Positions 13,498 through 25,119 of a stretch of 64,000 nucleotides of DNA are shown here, one piece after another. This DNA comes from Octopus bimaculoides (Eukaryota): contig NC_069005.1 in the NCBI RefSeq assembly GCF_001194135.2, positions 21,362,398-21,426,397 on the forward strand. Reading direction: 5' to 3'. How positions within the stretch are numbered: the first letter of the stretch is position 1; each line of letters begins with the position of its first letter. The notes beneath the pieces are model-generated. The model was not told where the DNA came from and searched no databases. It saw only the letters and a program-made list of their open reading frames with translations. Both the position numbers and the translations under genes were made by a program.

Positions 13498-15669
13498 ATT
13501 ATTATTCATTATTATTATTATTGTCATTGTTACTGTGGCCGGTATTGTTGTTGTTGATGTTGTCCCCATCATTGAGTCCACATGATTCTGGTTATCAATT
13601 TTCTTTCATTCTCGATTGTGCATATATAGGAATAGTTTTGATTGTGTAGCTGTATCTGCACATATGGGTGTGAATGAGTGTGGCCTGAACCTTTCTACTG
13701 TTTACTATGTCCTGTTGCTCTGTATTCCACCACTCTACTGATGTTGTTGATAACTATACTATACTTTATTTTTCTTGCTAAGCACTGACGAAGTGTTTGA
13801 TAAGATTATGTAATTTTCAACCAGTAGTTATGTAATCCTAACAGTTGATTTATTGAAACACGTGTATGTTTTGCAAAGCAAAAAATATCATATATGTTTT
13901 CTGTATTTTATTAATACTATTACATGGCTTGTATTCTGCACATGAGCATATCCCGTGATACCCTTTGTCTGATTACACTGGATATAGGAGTGGGGTGGGG
14001 AACATACTACAAAGCCTGAACTTTTTATTACATTACATTTTATATTTTGTGTGTGTGCACGCATGCCTTCACGTCTGTGTGTATGTGTGTATATGCATAT
14101 ATAAAATCTTTCATAAGTTAAACCATTACAGAATATAAAGAGTTCCTTGTTAGAGGTATATATTGATTGAGTTCTTGAGCAATAACATTTATTCTATATG
14201 TGATGTTAGTTAATCAATAAATACATTTCCCTCTCTTTTTTTTTTTTCCTGATATGTCTAAGTGGAAACTACTTATATTTTATCATTTGTTTACATCTCT
14301 CTGAAACATATTCCAGTTGTGAATATCTACTTATTGATTTGTTTGTGTATGGAACCTAATTAGATTACTTTGTATTTTCAACTTTTTTTTTTTGGTGAAA
14401 TTTAATTAAGAAATTTGTACTTTCCATCAAAATGAAAAGCATTTACAATATTATTAACCTTTTCCAAATCATAACTTTTTCAAATTGATTTCATTAGTTT
14501 TCCTTCCTATTTATTAGGTAAAAGAAACAAAATACATCAAAGTAAAGGTATTTAATAGTATTTATTTATCATAGTTCTGATATTTAAAAAAAAAAAAAAA
14601 GAAGGCAAGTTAAAATGTCATGTTCAGTAAGATACATATCTTAATAAAAGCTTTGTGAATTTTTGTTGATTAAAATTTATATAATATTGCGAATCTGTTT
14701 TGATTTTTTAAATTTATTTAATAGCTATTCAGGCAACTTGAAAAGCTAACCATATGTAATTTTTTATGAATATCTGACAACAATTTTCACGTGGTTTCCG
14801 GATTGTACATTCAAATAAGTCCTATTTCTTTTAAGAAGTTAATCTGAGGAGGCATATCAGTAAGCATAGCTTTATCAGGCTATTCCCAATAATAGAGGTT
14901 ATGATTAATTAGGTTAGCTTAAATGTAGTTATCAATGGTTTTAACTAAATGGACTCTTACAGATTCTGTGGTTGAAGATGTAGAAGAATGCAATATATAT
15001 ATAAAAAAAAATAGATTCCAATTTTTAAAGTTTCTGCTCTTTATTTTCACAAGACGGCAGTGATTTTGTTCCTTTCTTTCAATTTATTACTTTAATATTA
15101 TATTTTGCACTTAATGACTTTTTATAATCATGGTATTAATGCAGTAAGTAGATCATCGTTATCAGCAGCAAGAGCATTTATCATCTTGATGTTTGTTTTT
15201 CTGTACCAACTTTACAGATGTGAATTATAACATACTTTGAGCTATAATAATCTTTGGTTTTTCATGATTTCCACTTATCAAGTCTTTCTTGGTTCATTTC
15301 CACCACACTTCCCACAGATACACTTCACATCCAACTCCTGGGACTTTTTTGCTCAATATATTTCATCCATTCATATCACTTGTGACCATCTCATCTGCAC
15401 ACACAATCCAATGACTTTTATAATTATCCACTTGCTTAGTTCAATTGTGCTTGGTCTTTTCCTATCAGTTAGCCAATACTAGTTTTCTCTGATCCTACTG
15501 TTTACTTTTTTTCTATAAGTCCATGTTGTACGTGGATGCTGAAGATGTGACAACTGAACGTTTTACTCAATCTTAGGAACAAGCTGACTTAAGTTAGGAA
15601 ATTTATATACTGTGGAAGGAAGTGATACAGAAGTAAATGAAAACCAGAAGTACAAGACCGCAGTGAATA

Positions 15670-16116
15670 CAGGTCATCGTTGACGTACAACCTATCCGAC
15701 TTCTGACCAATCGACTTTACAATGATTGGCACGCCAACTCCCGGCAGCAATAATAAATAGTCCAGTTGAAACCTAATCGGTTTAATTTCTTAGAAATTAA
15801 CCCATCTACGGATGATGTCAGCTAACAAATGCTTCCCTTAGGAATGGTTATTGATCGCCACTGTGGTTATCCCAAGTGTTGGATCAATATCCTGTCGCAG
15901 AGACATCAAGGCACTGCTTGAGACTCCAAAACTTTTGTCTAACACCAGTATAATAGTATAATACAGAATGCTGTGTGTGACTTTTACTTGAGAATGTATC
16001 TTAAAAATGTAAAAATATAAAACAAAGCTATGTAGACCTACAGGCCGACTTACGACCAAATTGACTTACGACCAGTCAGTCGGAACCAATTGTGGTCGTA
16101 AGTCGACGACGACCTG
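15670..16116. mobile_element. Tigger/pogo-like MITE
   Basis: TA|caggtcatcgttgacgtacaacc ... ggtcgtaagtcgacgacgacctg|TA, with internal ttacgacca subterminal repeats. Confidence 0.85.
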
Positions 16117-17554
16117 TAATGGGTTAGGAACATCATTACAACAGTTCATACACACATATCCATTTAGCTAAACTTAACTTATTTCTAGTTGCTAATTTCA
16201 GTGCTTTCTTGCCTTTCTGGAAAAAATTGTCATTACGCTAATGACTTTTCCTCTCATTACTAATTTACTTTCACATGGCTAAAAATTCTGTTTGGCTCAC
16301 TGCAACAAGTATGTTAACTTATACCTTACTATATATTCTTCATGCAGAAGTTGCCTGTGAGAAATTCTTTAATGTCATTATATAATAAAAGTTTGTCAAA
16401 ATAATTTTTGGCTACTATAAAATACTTCCACAAGGTAGAATTCTCTGGAAACAGTTATCCTGTATGTAAGCACTATGAACTTTCTCTCTTTCCTCTCTAT
16501 TGCTAAACTGCCAAAACTCTCTGAAGAAAAGAAGAAAGAAAAAAAACCCCACACATTCCATGAATTTTCTTCAGGCTAATTATTTCTATCTTTAATAAAA
16601 TGTCTCACTTCATAAAATGTTTCATTAATAAATCACAGGTTATATTATGCTGACAAGTCCAACTAAAAACTGAAATAGTGCTATACATGATAATCATGAA
16701 CTAGAAATTCACAAATAAATAAATAAATAAATACATAAATTTGTGAATTCTATGAATGTTTTACTTTATATTTCCTTACTTTCAAATACAAATTTCTAAT
16801 CCTAATAATTATGTAGAAATGATTACCTTGGAATAACTGTGTCCACTAGGGAAAAGACATGTAATGTTTAAGATAATTATCATAATGAAATTTATTTAAC
16901 TTAAAATGAAAAATATACGAGATATATATATTATATATAACTCTTTCTGTTGTTTTACAGCCATTTCTGCATATTTGCAAGCATGAAATGGTGTATTTGA
17001 TGATGCAGTTAGTTTTACTGCTTTGTATCCTGTTTGGTCAACGCCATCATCCTCATCATCTAACATTCAATTTCATTGCTGGCATGGGTTGGACATCTTG
17101 ACAGGAACTAGCAAGGCCAGGGGCTGCACCAGATTCCACAGTCTGTTTTGGTTTTTATGGCTGAATGCCTTTCCTAATACCAACCACACCACAGGGTGTA
17201 CTGGGTGCTTTTTACGTGGTAACAGCACCCACACCAATGCTTTTTACATGGTACCCTGATTTTAGGAACTCAGTTCTGTTGTGGTGCGGCAGGTCTTCTT
17301 GAGTATAGCAATGTACCACATATTTCAGTCTTCTGTCATCTCCTTCATAAGGCTCAGTGTTTTGAGGAAAATTGCAGTTATATACTTTGCTGAGGACTTC
17401 ATTGCAGCAACATTCTAAGAATTGAAGCTCTGACCATGTAGACCAACACTTTAACTTCACTATCATGTTTTCCTAATATTTATGTATTCTATCACTGTTT
17501 TATAACATTCACTTTTCCTTGTTTACATGAGTGAAACTCTGTTTGTTGAGGTAG

Positions 17555-17944
17555 AATTTCTTATTTCTTTATTGCCCACAAGGGGCTAAACATAGAGGGG
17601 ACAAACAAGGACAGACAAAGGGATTAAATCGATTACATCGATCCCAGTACGTAACTGGTACTTAATTNNNNNNNNNNAACAAGGACAGACAAAGGGATTA
17701 AATCGATTACATCGATCCCAGTACGTAACTGGTACTTAATTTATCGACCCTGAAAGGATGAAAGGCAAAATCGACCTCAGCGGAATTTGAACGCAGAATG
17801 TATATATATATACCGCCTGACTGGCCTTTGTAGGGTTTTCGAGCGAGATCGTTGCCAGTGCCCCTGGACTGGCTCTTGTGCGGGTGGCACATAAAAGACA
17901 CCATTTCGAGCGTGGCCGTTTTCGTGCGGGTGTAGCCAAGACAA

Positions 17945-17975
<31 letters not shown>

Positions 17976-18125
17976 TACATATTTATACACGATTGGCTTC
18001 TTTCAGTTTCTCTACCAAATCCACTCAGAAAACTTTCGTCAGTCTGAGGTTATAGTAGAAGACTCTTATCCAAAATGCCATGCAGTTGGAATTTGAACTT
18101 CTTAACTGCACAGCTATGGCTGTGT
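17555..18125. mobile_element. Composite SINE pile: family B (-), (TA)n, internal piece of family D, family A (-)
   Basis: Each block matches full copies elsewhere in the window. 17604-17667 is duplicated at 17678-17741 across a 10-N gap. Confidence 0.7.
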
Positions 18126-18389
18126 CCTTGCATTGCCTGCATCTATATATATACACAAAACATAAGTCATCATAAATACATATATAGGTGCATGGTTTCA
18201 TATTTGCAGACATATACATTACTTTGTTTATCTTAAAGTATAAATAAATTTGTTTTAATGATTATTTGTTAAAAACAAATATTGCTATTTTGAAAATAGG
18301 AAAATAATAATTGGATGACCTATATAGACTTGTTTTATATTACATGCGTTACACTGTGAAACAAAATTTTTATTTATTTATTCTTGTGT

Positions 18390-18815
18390 TTGGTCAGTAA
18401 GTGTTATTTCCTATTTGCTTCTATCTAGAAATCAAAGGAAATGACTACTATTCCCTTCAAACTTTGCTTTTCTGTCCTGGACATCAATGTTTTGAAACTG
18501 ATCTATTTTCCATTAGATTTCAAACAGATTTAGTACTGAGTTGCTAAATTAGAAATATTATTATAGCAAATATTCTGCTCAATAATATAGATTTGCTTGA
18601 CCGTAACCACTTGAGTATGTTTGTTAGTGGTTGACGATATGCACATCGCTGATCATGAGCAGTAGTAGTGGGGGAGCATCATAGCCATGTGTTGAGGAGG
18701 ATTCTTTGGGGTTTGGATAAATGTTAGAAAAGCAATATTTGAAGGAAATATGAGCCATTTTTATACTTCCTAGAGGTAAGCAAATAGGAAATAACAGTTG
18801 CAACCCAAGGACAAA
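18390..18815 (+). mobile_element. MITE-like family M, second copy
   Basis: ggtcagtaagtgttatttcctatttgctt ... aagcaaataggaaataacagttgcaaccc. Confidence 0.6.
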
Positions 18816-19176
18816 AGTTGTGCTACACAGTACTTTATGAATTAAATCTGCAGTGAAGGAGGCTTAGGAAGGCCTTCTGCTAGGTAAAAAGAAAGCAAAA
18901 ATGAGGGTAACTGAAAGCTGCTGGCTTTTGAGATGAAGAGTATGACTACTGCTACAATTTTACTCACAGCACTAGTGGTTGAAGCTCTGAGGATAGCCAA
19001 AGTGGACAGAGATCAATGAAATCACTTCATTCTTAGAACCATTAGCACCAAGCACTGATGGGGTATGGAGTCAAGAGGCCAAGAGTCTCCTTCAGCACTG
19101 AGTTGATCAAACAGCAGTTCCACCCCATTCACCAACTTGCAGGAGAGGAGAGCAAAATATTAATAATAATAATAAT

Positions 19177-19601
19177 AGAATGGACAACAGAGCAGAAAGT
19201 GATAAGTGCAGAATCTGTGGACAAAACAGTGAAACCGTATGGCATATTACCAGCCATTGTATGCCACTAGCCCAGAAGGAATATAAGAGACGCCATGACA
19301 ATATAGCCAGGCTTGTCCATTGGACACTTTGCAACAAGTATGGACTTGACAGAGTAAAACATTGGTACGACTACAAACCTGAAGGCATCGTCGAAAATAG
19401 AAATGCGAAGATCCTATGCGATTTTATGATTCAGTGCTGGATCATAGATATAGCATGCCCAGCTGACAACAAGGTATGCAATAAGGAAGAAAGAAAAGTC
19501 GAGAGATATGACAGGTTAGCTTGGGAAGTTAAGCAGTTGTGGTCAGTGAAAAAAAGTAGCAGTAGTACCAATAATTGTCGGAGCCCTGAGAACAGTGAGC
19601 A
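19177..19601 (+). mobile_element. 5'-truncated R4/Dong-clade non-LTR retrotransposon (CCHC knuckle plus restriction-like endonuclease), runs into an N gap
   Basis: CRICGQNSETVWHITSHC (CCHC), RRHDNIARLVHW, WYDYKPEGIVEN, IIDIACP and KVERY are hallmark R4-clade C-terminal motifs. It begins directly after (TAA)5, the known Dong target. Confidence 0.88.
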
Positions 19602-20232
19602 NNNNNNNNNNNNNNNNNNNNNNNNNNNNNNNNNNNNNNNNNNNNNNNNNNNNNNNNNNNNNNNNNNNNNNNNNNNNNNNNNNNNNNNNNNNNNNNNNNN
19701 NNNNNNNNNNNNNNNNNNNNNNNNNNNNNNNNNNNNNNNNNNNNNNNNNNNNNNNNNNNNNNNNNNNNNNNNNNNNNNNNNNNNNNNNNNNNNNNNNNNN
19801 NNNNNNNNNNNNNNNNNNNNNNNNNNNNNNNNNNNNNNNNNNNNNNNNNNNNNNNNNNNNNNNNNNNNNNNNNNNNNNNNNNNNNNNNNNNNNNNNNNNN
19901 NNNNNNNNNNNNNNNNNNNNNNNNNNNNNNNNNNNNNNNNNNNNNNNNNNNNNNNNNNNNNNNNNNNNNNNNNNNNNNNNNNNNNNNNNNCTTCCTCCTC
20001 CCCCTCCACCTCCCCCCTGCTTTACCTGCTTCACCTTTTCCTTCCCTCCTCCTTATAGTTGTCATTATTTTTATTAAGGCTTCCTGTTGGCAGACCAAAT
20101 GCTTTGGGTCATCAGATGAAATGCCTAGCAACATTTCTTCTGGCTAATTATGTTCTGAGTTCAAGTTTCACCCTCTCAGGGTGCATAAAATAAATTGCTG
20201 TCTTTGTGCTAAAATTAGAAAGAATTATTATT

Positions 20233-20264
<32 letters not shown>

Positions 20265-21319
20265 GGCTCTGAGCAGGGGCAAAATCATTAGTGCATCAGA
20301 CAGGATGCTTAGCACCATTTCCTCAGATTCTTTCATTCTGAGTTCAAATTCTGTCACGGTCAACTTTGCCTTTCATCCATTCAGGGTCAATAAAATGAGT
20401 ACCAGTTAAACACTGGGGCGTTCATGTAATCAACTAACCCCATCCCCCCTTAAAACTGCTGTCCTTGTGCTAAAAATTTGATACTAGTATTTTTTTATTG
20501 TTATTGTTATTACTATTATCATTATAGTCATTATTGTTGATGTGGTGGTGGTAGTGGTGGTGGTTATTATATATGTATAGAGTTCTGAACTTAACTCAGT
20601 TTTCAGTCAATGTGCTCCATCTTTTATGAGTTGAACATATTTGTTTGCTTTGTTCTCATTGAAGAATGTCATTTAAAAGTAGGTTGGTTAGCTATATTTA
20701 AGTAGTTGCTATGCTTTCCATAAAAAAAATTAAAAAAAGGGAATGTTTGTAGACTATTACTTTCAGACTAAGGGATTATTGTTACTAGTTTTGTTTTTAA
20801 TTTTTGCTTTTAAAGATTAGTTTATATGTAGTTAGCTGTTGTTTTCTTTATCTCATTTTTATTTTTCTGCTGTCTCTGTGTTTCTGAGTCTGATGTTTTT
20901 TATTCTCTCTGTCCCAACACACACAAACACATGCACGCACACACACATACACACACACCTTGTATATATATTTCAATACACAAAGTTCATGAATAGTTAA
21001 GCTATCTGTCACTAATTTCTTTCCTAAAAGACCAACTACATATAAATAGACGTATGCAAGACAGGATTGGAGTATAGATATAAACTATTTAATTTCAGAA
21101 GCCATAAGATTAGCAATAAATATAAGAATGTTTATCAATTGCAAGTTGGTATCAAATGCTTCACAAACTGAAAGGAACTTTTGTTTCCAATGAAAATGAA
21201 AGTTATAGTGATTACTCGTGGTTATAAACCATCTCCATTGTTGTCGTTATTATCTTAATCAACATCAAAGTTGTTGATATTGTTGTTGTTATCTTTTGAT
21301 GTAACATACCATTCTCTTT

Positions 21320-21848
21320 TACTCTTTTACTTGTTTCAGTCATTTGACTGTGGCCATGCTGGAGCACCGCCTTTTAGTCGAGCTAATCGACCTCGGGACT
21401 TATTCTTTGGAAGCCTAGTACTTATTCTATCGGTCTCTTTTGCCAAACCATTAAGTTACGGGGACGTAAACACACCAGCATCGGTTGTCAAGCGATGTTG
21501 GGGGGACAAACACAGACATACAAACATATACACACGCATACATATATATATATATATANNNNNNNNNNNNNNNNNNNNNNNNNNNNNNNNNNNNNNNNNN
21601 NNNNNNNNNNNNNNNNNNNNNNNNNNNNNNNNNNNNNNNNNNNNNNNNNNNNNNNNNNNNNNNNNNNNNNNNNNNNNNNNNNNNNNNNNNNNNNNNNNNN
21701 NNNNNNNNNNNNNNNNNNNNNNNNNNNNNNNNNNNNNNNNNNNNNNNNNNNNNNNNNNNNNNNNNNNNNNNNNNNNNNNNNNNNNNNNNNNNNNNNNNNN
21801 NNNNNNCATGTGGTTGGTAAGCAAGCTACTTACCACACAGCCACTCCT
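21320..21848 (-). mobile_element. SINE family A with internal gap
   Basis: Reverse complement of the family A consensus on both sides of the N run. Confidence 0.8.
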
Positions 21849-22468
21849 ACACACATTGCTGCTTTTATTTTCCCATGATGCAATAGTTTAGCTAGAAATG
21901 CACACTAATCTCTTTAGCTTGTCCTGATTTTTGATAATTTTCTTCAATTAAAACATGGTTTTGTTTTTGGAATCTGGAATATGTCATCTTGTTAAAAGAA
22001 TAACACCCAGCTAATATAAATAAATATATAAACAAACAAGTAAATATATAAGACAAAGATACTTACTGTACATTTCATTTTATCTGTATTTACTGAGTGA
22101 AAATATTCCAGCTAAACCACTTGTGTTTCAATATGATTTGCTATTTCTTTTTGCCTTTTTAAAAAAATTTTTTTTTTTTTTGGTGACAATTAATCTGTCA
22201 CTCAGTTTAACTTAGTGCTTTTAGCAGAGCCTACACTTCTGCAAGTATTCAAACCAAGTTTCAGGTCTTAGGATAATTTCCTCCCTTCCTTCCACCCAAC
22301 TGTTTTTAGTGACCCTGAAAAATGTCATAGACACCATCCTTTTCCCCTCTGACTAAGCCATAACAAAAACACACACATACACACACATTCCATGAATTTT
22401 TTCCAGATTGTCATGCTGATAATTTCGCTATTTCTGAAAAGAATGAAATAGTGCTATACATGACTATT

Positions 22469-22710
22469 ATGTTCTTTATTGCCCACAAGGGGCTAAACAT
22501 AGAGGGGACAAACAAGGACAGACGAACGGATTAAGTCGATTACATCGACCCCAGTGCGTAACTGGTACTTAATTTATCGACCCCGAAAGGATGAAAGACA
22601 AAGTCGACCTCGGCGGAATTTGAACTCAGAACGTAACAGCAGACGAAATACCGCTAAGCATTTCGCCCGGCATGCTAACGATTCTGCCAGCTCGCCGCCT
22701 TTAATATGAC
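22469..22710 (-). mobile_element. Young SINE family B with 12-bp TSD
   Basis: tacatgactatt at 22457-22468 and 22711-22722. CpG-rich and little diverged. Confidence 0.85.
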
Positions 22711-24067
22711 TACATGACTATTGCCAACTTGAAATTCATAATAAGTAAAGAAAAATGAAAAAAAGTATATGAATTCTATGCATCTTTTCAATTTATCCAG
22801 CCATTCACTTTCTCTGCCCACTATTCCTGGTGGTGTCATGGAGACAGAATTCTCAGGCACCTCTTCCATACGGTCCTATCAGAAGCAATCATCATTACAC
22901 TTTCCAGTTGCATTCCTAAGTGTGACCAACTGAATTTTAAATTCAAATTTCTAATGCTTCCAAATATTATGAAGAAAGGATTATTTCCCTTGTACTTGCT
23001 GCTACCACTAGGGGAACCACATGTATTTGCAAAAATGTATTTCAAAACTTTAATCGTTCAGTCACTGTCTCCATTGCTATCACCATCTCATATTCTCTCT
23101 TTGTTTGGTAGTTTGTGTTGCTTTTTTTTTCTCATTGTCCATTACTTCATTCTAAATCTAGCATTAGGTCTTTTATCTCATAACACTGTCCATGCCTTTC
23201 TCATAAAGGGGGGAATGTAATTTTATGAGACATGGCAAATCTAGAAGTGTAGCTTCTTGGAAATAAAGCTGATATTTCATTAGTATACAGATAACTTTCA
23301 AATGTAGGAAAACAAGTATTTTTAGACTACTGGTGCAATAAATACAGTTAGATAACTCTCTGGATACTAATTCTTGAATATTTCCATCAGAATCAAGAAA
23401 GATTGCTTCTGAAGCAATACCAATAGTTGTAGTAGTAATGGTAGTGATTGCGATATGTTCACTTTAATGATATTTAATCTAATCTAAAAACAAAAAATAA
23501 ACAATCCTATCGCTCAAGCCTGTATTGCATTTACTGATTGGATTCATCAGCTAGTGTTGTTTATTCTGTCATTTGGTATTTTGCATTATTTCCACTGTTT
23601 TCTCTCTGTCTGTTATGGAAATCTATTGGAAAGGTTCCTTTTACATTGTTGTCATCATCTTCAACATTTATTTTGAAATGTAATAATGGTTTCAAATTTT
23701 GCTACAATGGCAGCAATTTCAGGGGGAGGGGATGAGTTGATTACATCGACTCCAGTGTTCAACTGGTGCTTATTTTATTGACCCTGAAAAGATTAAAGGC
23801 AAAGTCGACCTTGGCAGAATTTGAACTCTGAACGTAGCAATAGGTGAAATACTACTAAGCATTTCATCCAGCATGCTAACGATTCTGCCAGCTCACTGCC
23901 TTTTTTTTTTTATTTTAAATGTAATAATAGAAACCCATGCCAGCAATAGTTGATCAAAGGCATTCTTCCCATGACCATCCCATCTTTTATTAAAACTATA
24001 TCTAAAACTGTTATCCAATGTATCCTACATTTTTAAACATAATAGGAGGTGATTTAACCCTTTAGCA

Positions 24068-24399
24068 GTGAAGGCGCACGGCTTAGTGGTTAGGGCATTC
24101 AACTCACAATCATAAAGTCGTGAGTTCGATTCCTGGTGATGCATTGTCTCCTTGAGCAAGACACTTTATTTCACGTTGCTCCAGTCCACTCAGCTGGCAA
24201 AAATGAGCAGTACATGTATTTCAAAGGGCCGGCCTTGTCACGCTATGTGTCACACTGAGTCTCTCTGAGAACTACGTTAGGGGTACACATGTCTGTGGAT
24301 TGCTCAGTCACTTTCATGTTAATTTCATGAGCAGGCTGTTCCGTTGATCGTATCAGCTGGGACCCTCGCCGTCGTAACCGACGGAGTGCTCCTTCCTTC
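24068..24399 (+). mobile_element. tRNA-derived SINE family C' with 13-bp TSD
   Basis: Head ggcgcacggcttagtggttagggca...gagttcgattcc, 3' end accctcgccgtcgtaaccgacggagtgc, TSD taaccctttagca at 24055-24067 and 24400-24412. Confidence 0.85.
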
Positions 24400-24402
24400 T
24401 AA

Positions 24403-24622
24403 CCCTTTAGCATTCAGATTACTCTGTCAAATGTAATGCTTATTTATTCACATTGTTTTCAGTTAATCAAGTATTATCTTGTAGCTTTAAGATTTTGATG
24501 ATGTGATTGTTTATTTTTAAAATGATTTTGTAAGGCAGGTATGAGAGGCTGAATGTAGCTAGTTTGAACATAAAACTGGTAGAATATTTAGGCTGGATAT
24601 GGATAGTTTAAATGCTAAAGGA
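24403..24622 (+). mobile_element. piggyBac-type MITE family 1
   Basis: ccctttagcatt ... aatgctaaagga|TTAA. The original left TTAA lies just before the SINE insertion, at 24054-24057. Confidence 0.8.
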
Positions 24623-25119
24623 TTAAGGGAGATTTAGTTGTTGTTAGGGCCTGTGAAGACCATGTATACAACCTCTTTCACCTAACCAAATCAAACTGAT
24701 GGAAATTCATCTTTTCAGTTCTTTCAGTTCTAGTATTTAATGAAAAATCACCTTTTTCTAAATGACTTTTTCACCTTCACTTCTTTTATGACATTAGCAT
24801 AAAATTAGGAAAATCTCTACCTATTTGTTGAGATTTTTAATAAATGTCATTATCGTTATAATTTTGTTGACCATTTTTCCATGCTTGCATGGACCAGATG
24901 AAATTTATTGAGGTAGATTTTCTACAATTGGATGCCCTTCCCAGTGCCAACTATGGTAGAAGTATAATCAATTTATTGCACATAATTTTTTTTCAAATGA
25001 TTGTCAGCTTTATATACCTTTACAAAATTATTTTTCGATTCTTTCATTACTTGTTAATATTTCTGTTTTAATTTACCTTTAATGCATCTGTTTTATATTT
25101 TCTTTTAAATCATTGACAG

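Noticed and set aside
14963-15143. Candidate exon DSVVEDVEEC
   Set aside because: There is no strong donor before an in-frame stop.
16961-17007. Candidate exon PFLHICKHEMVYLMM after a good acceptor
   Set aside because: The donors are weak or in a phase incompatible with the giant exon, and two of three frames stop. It may be UTR but cannot be supported.
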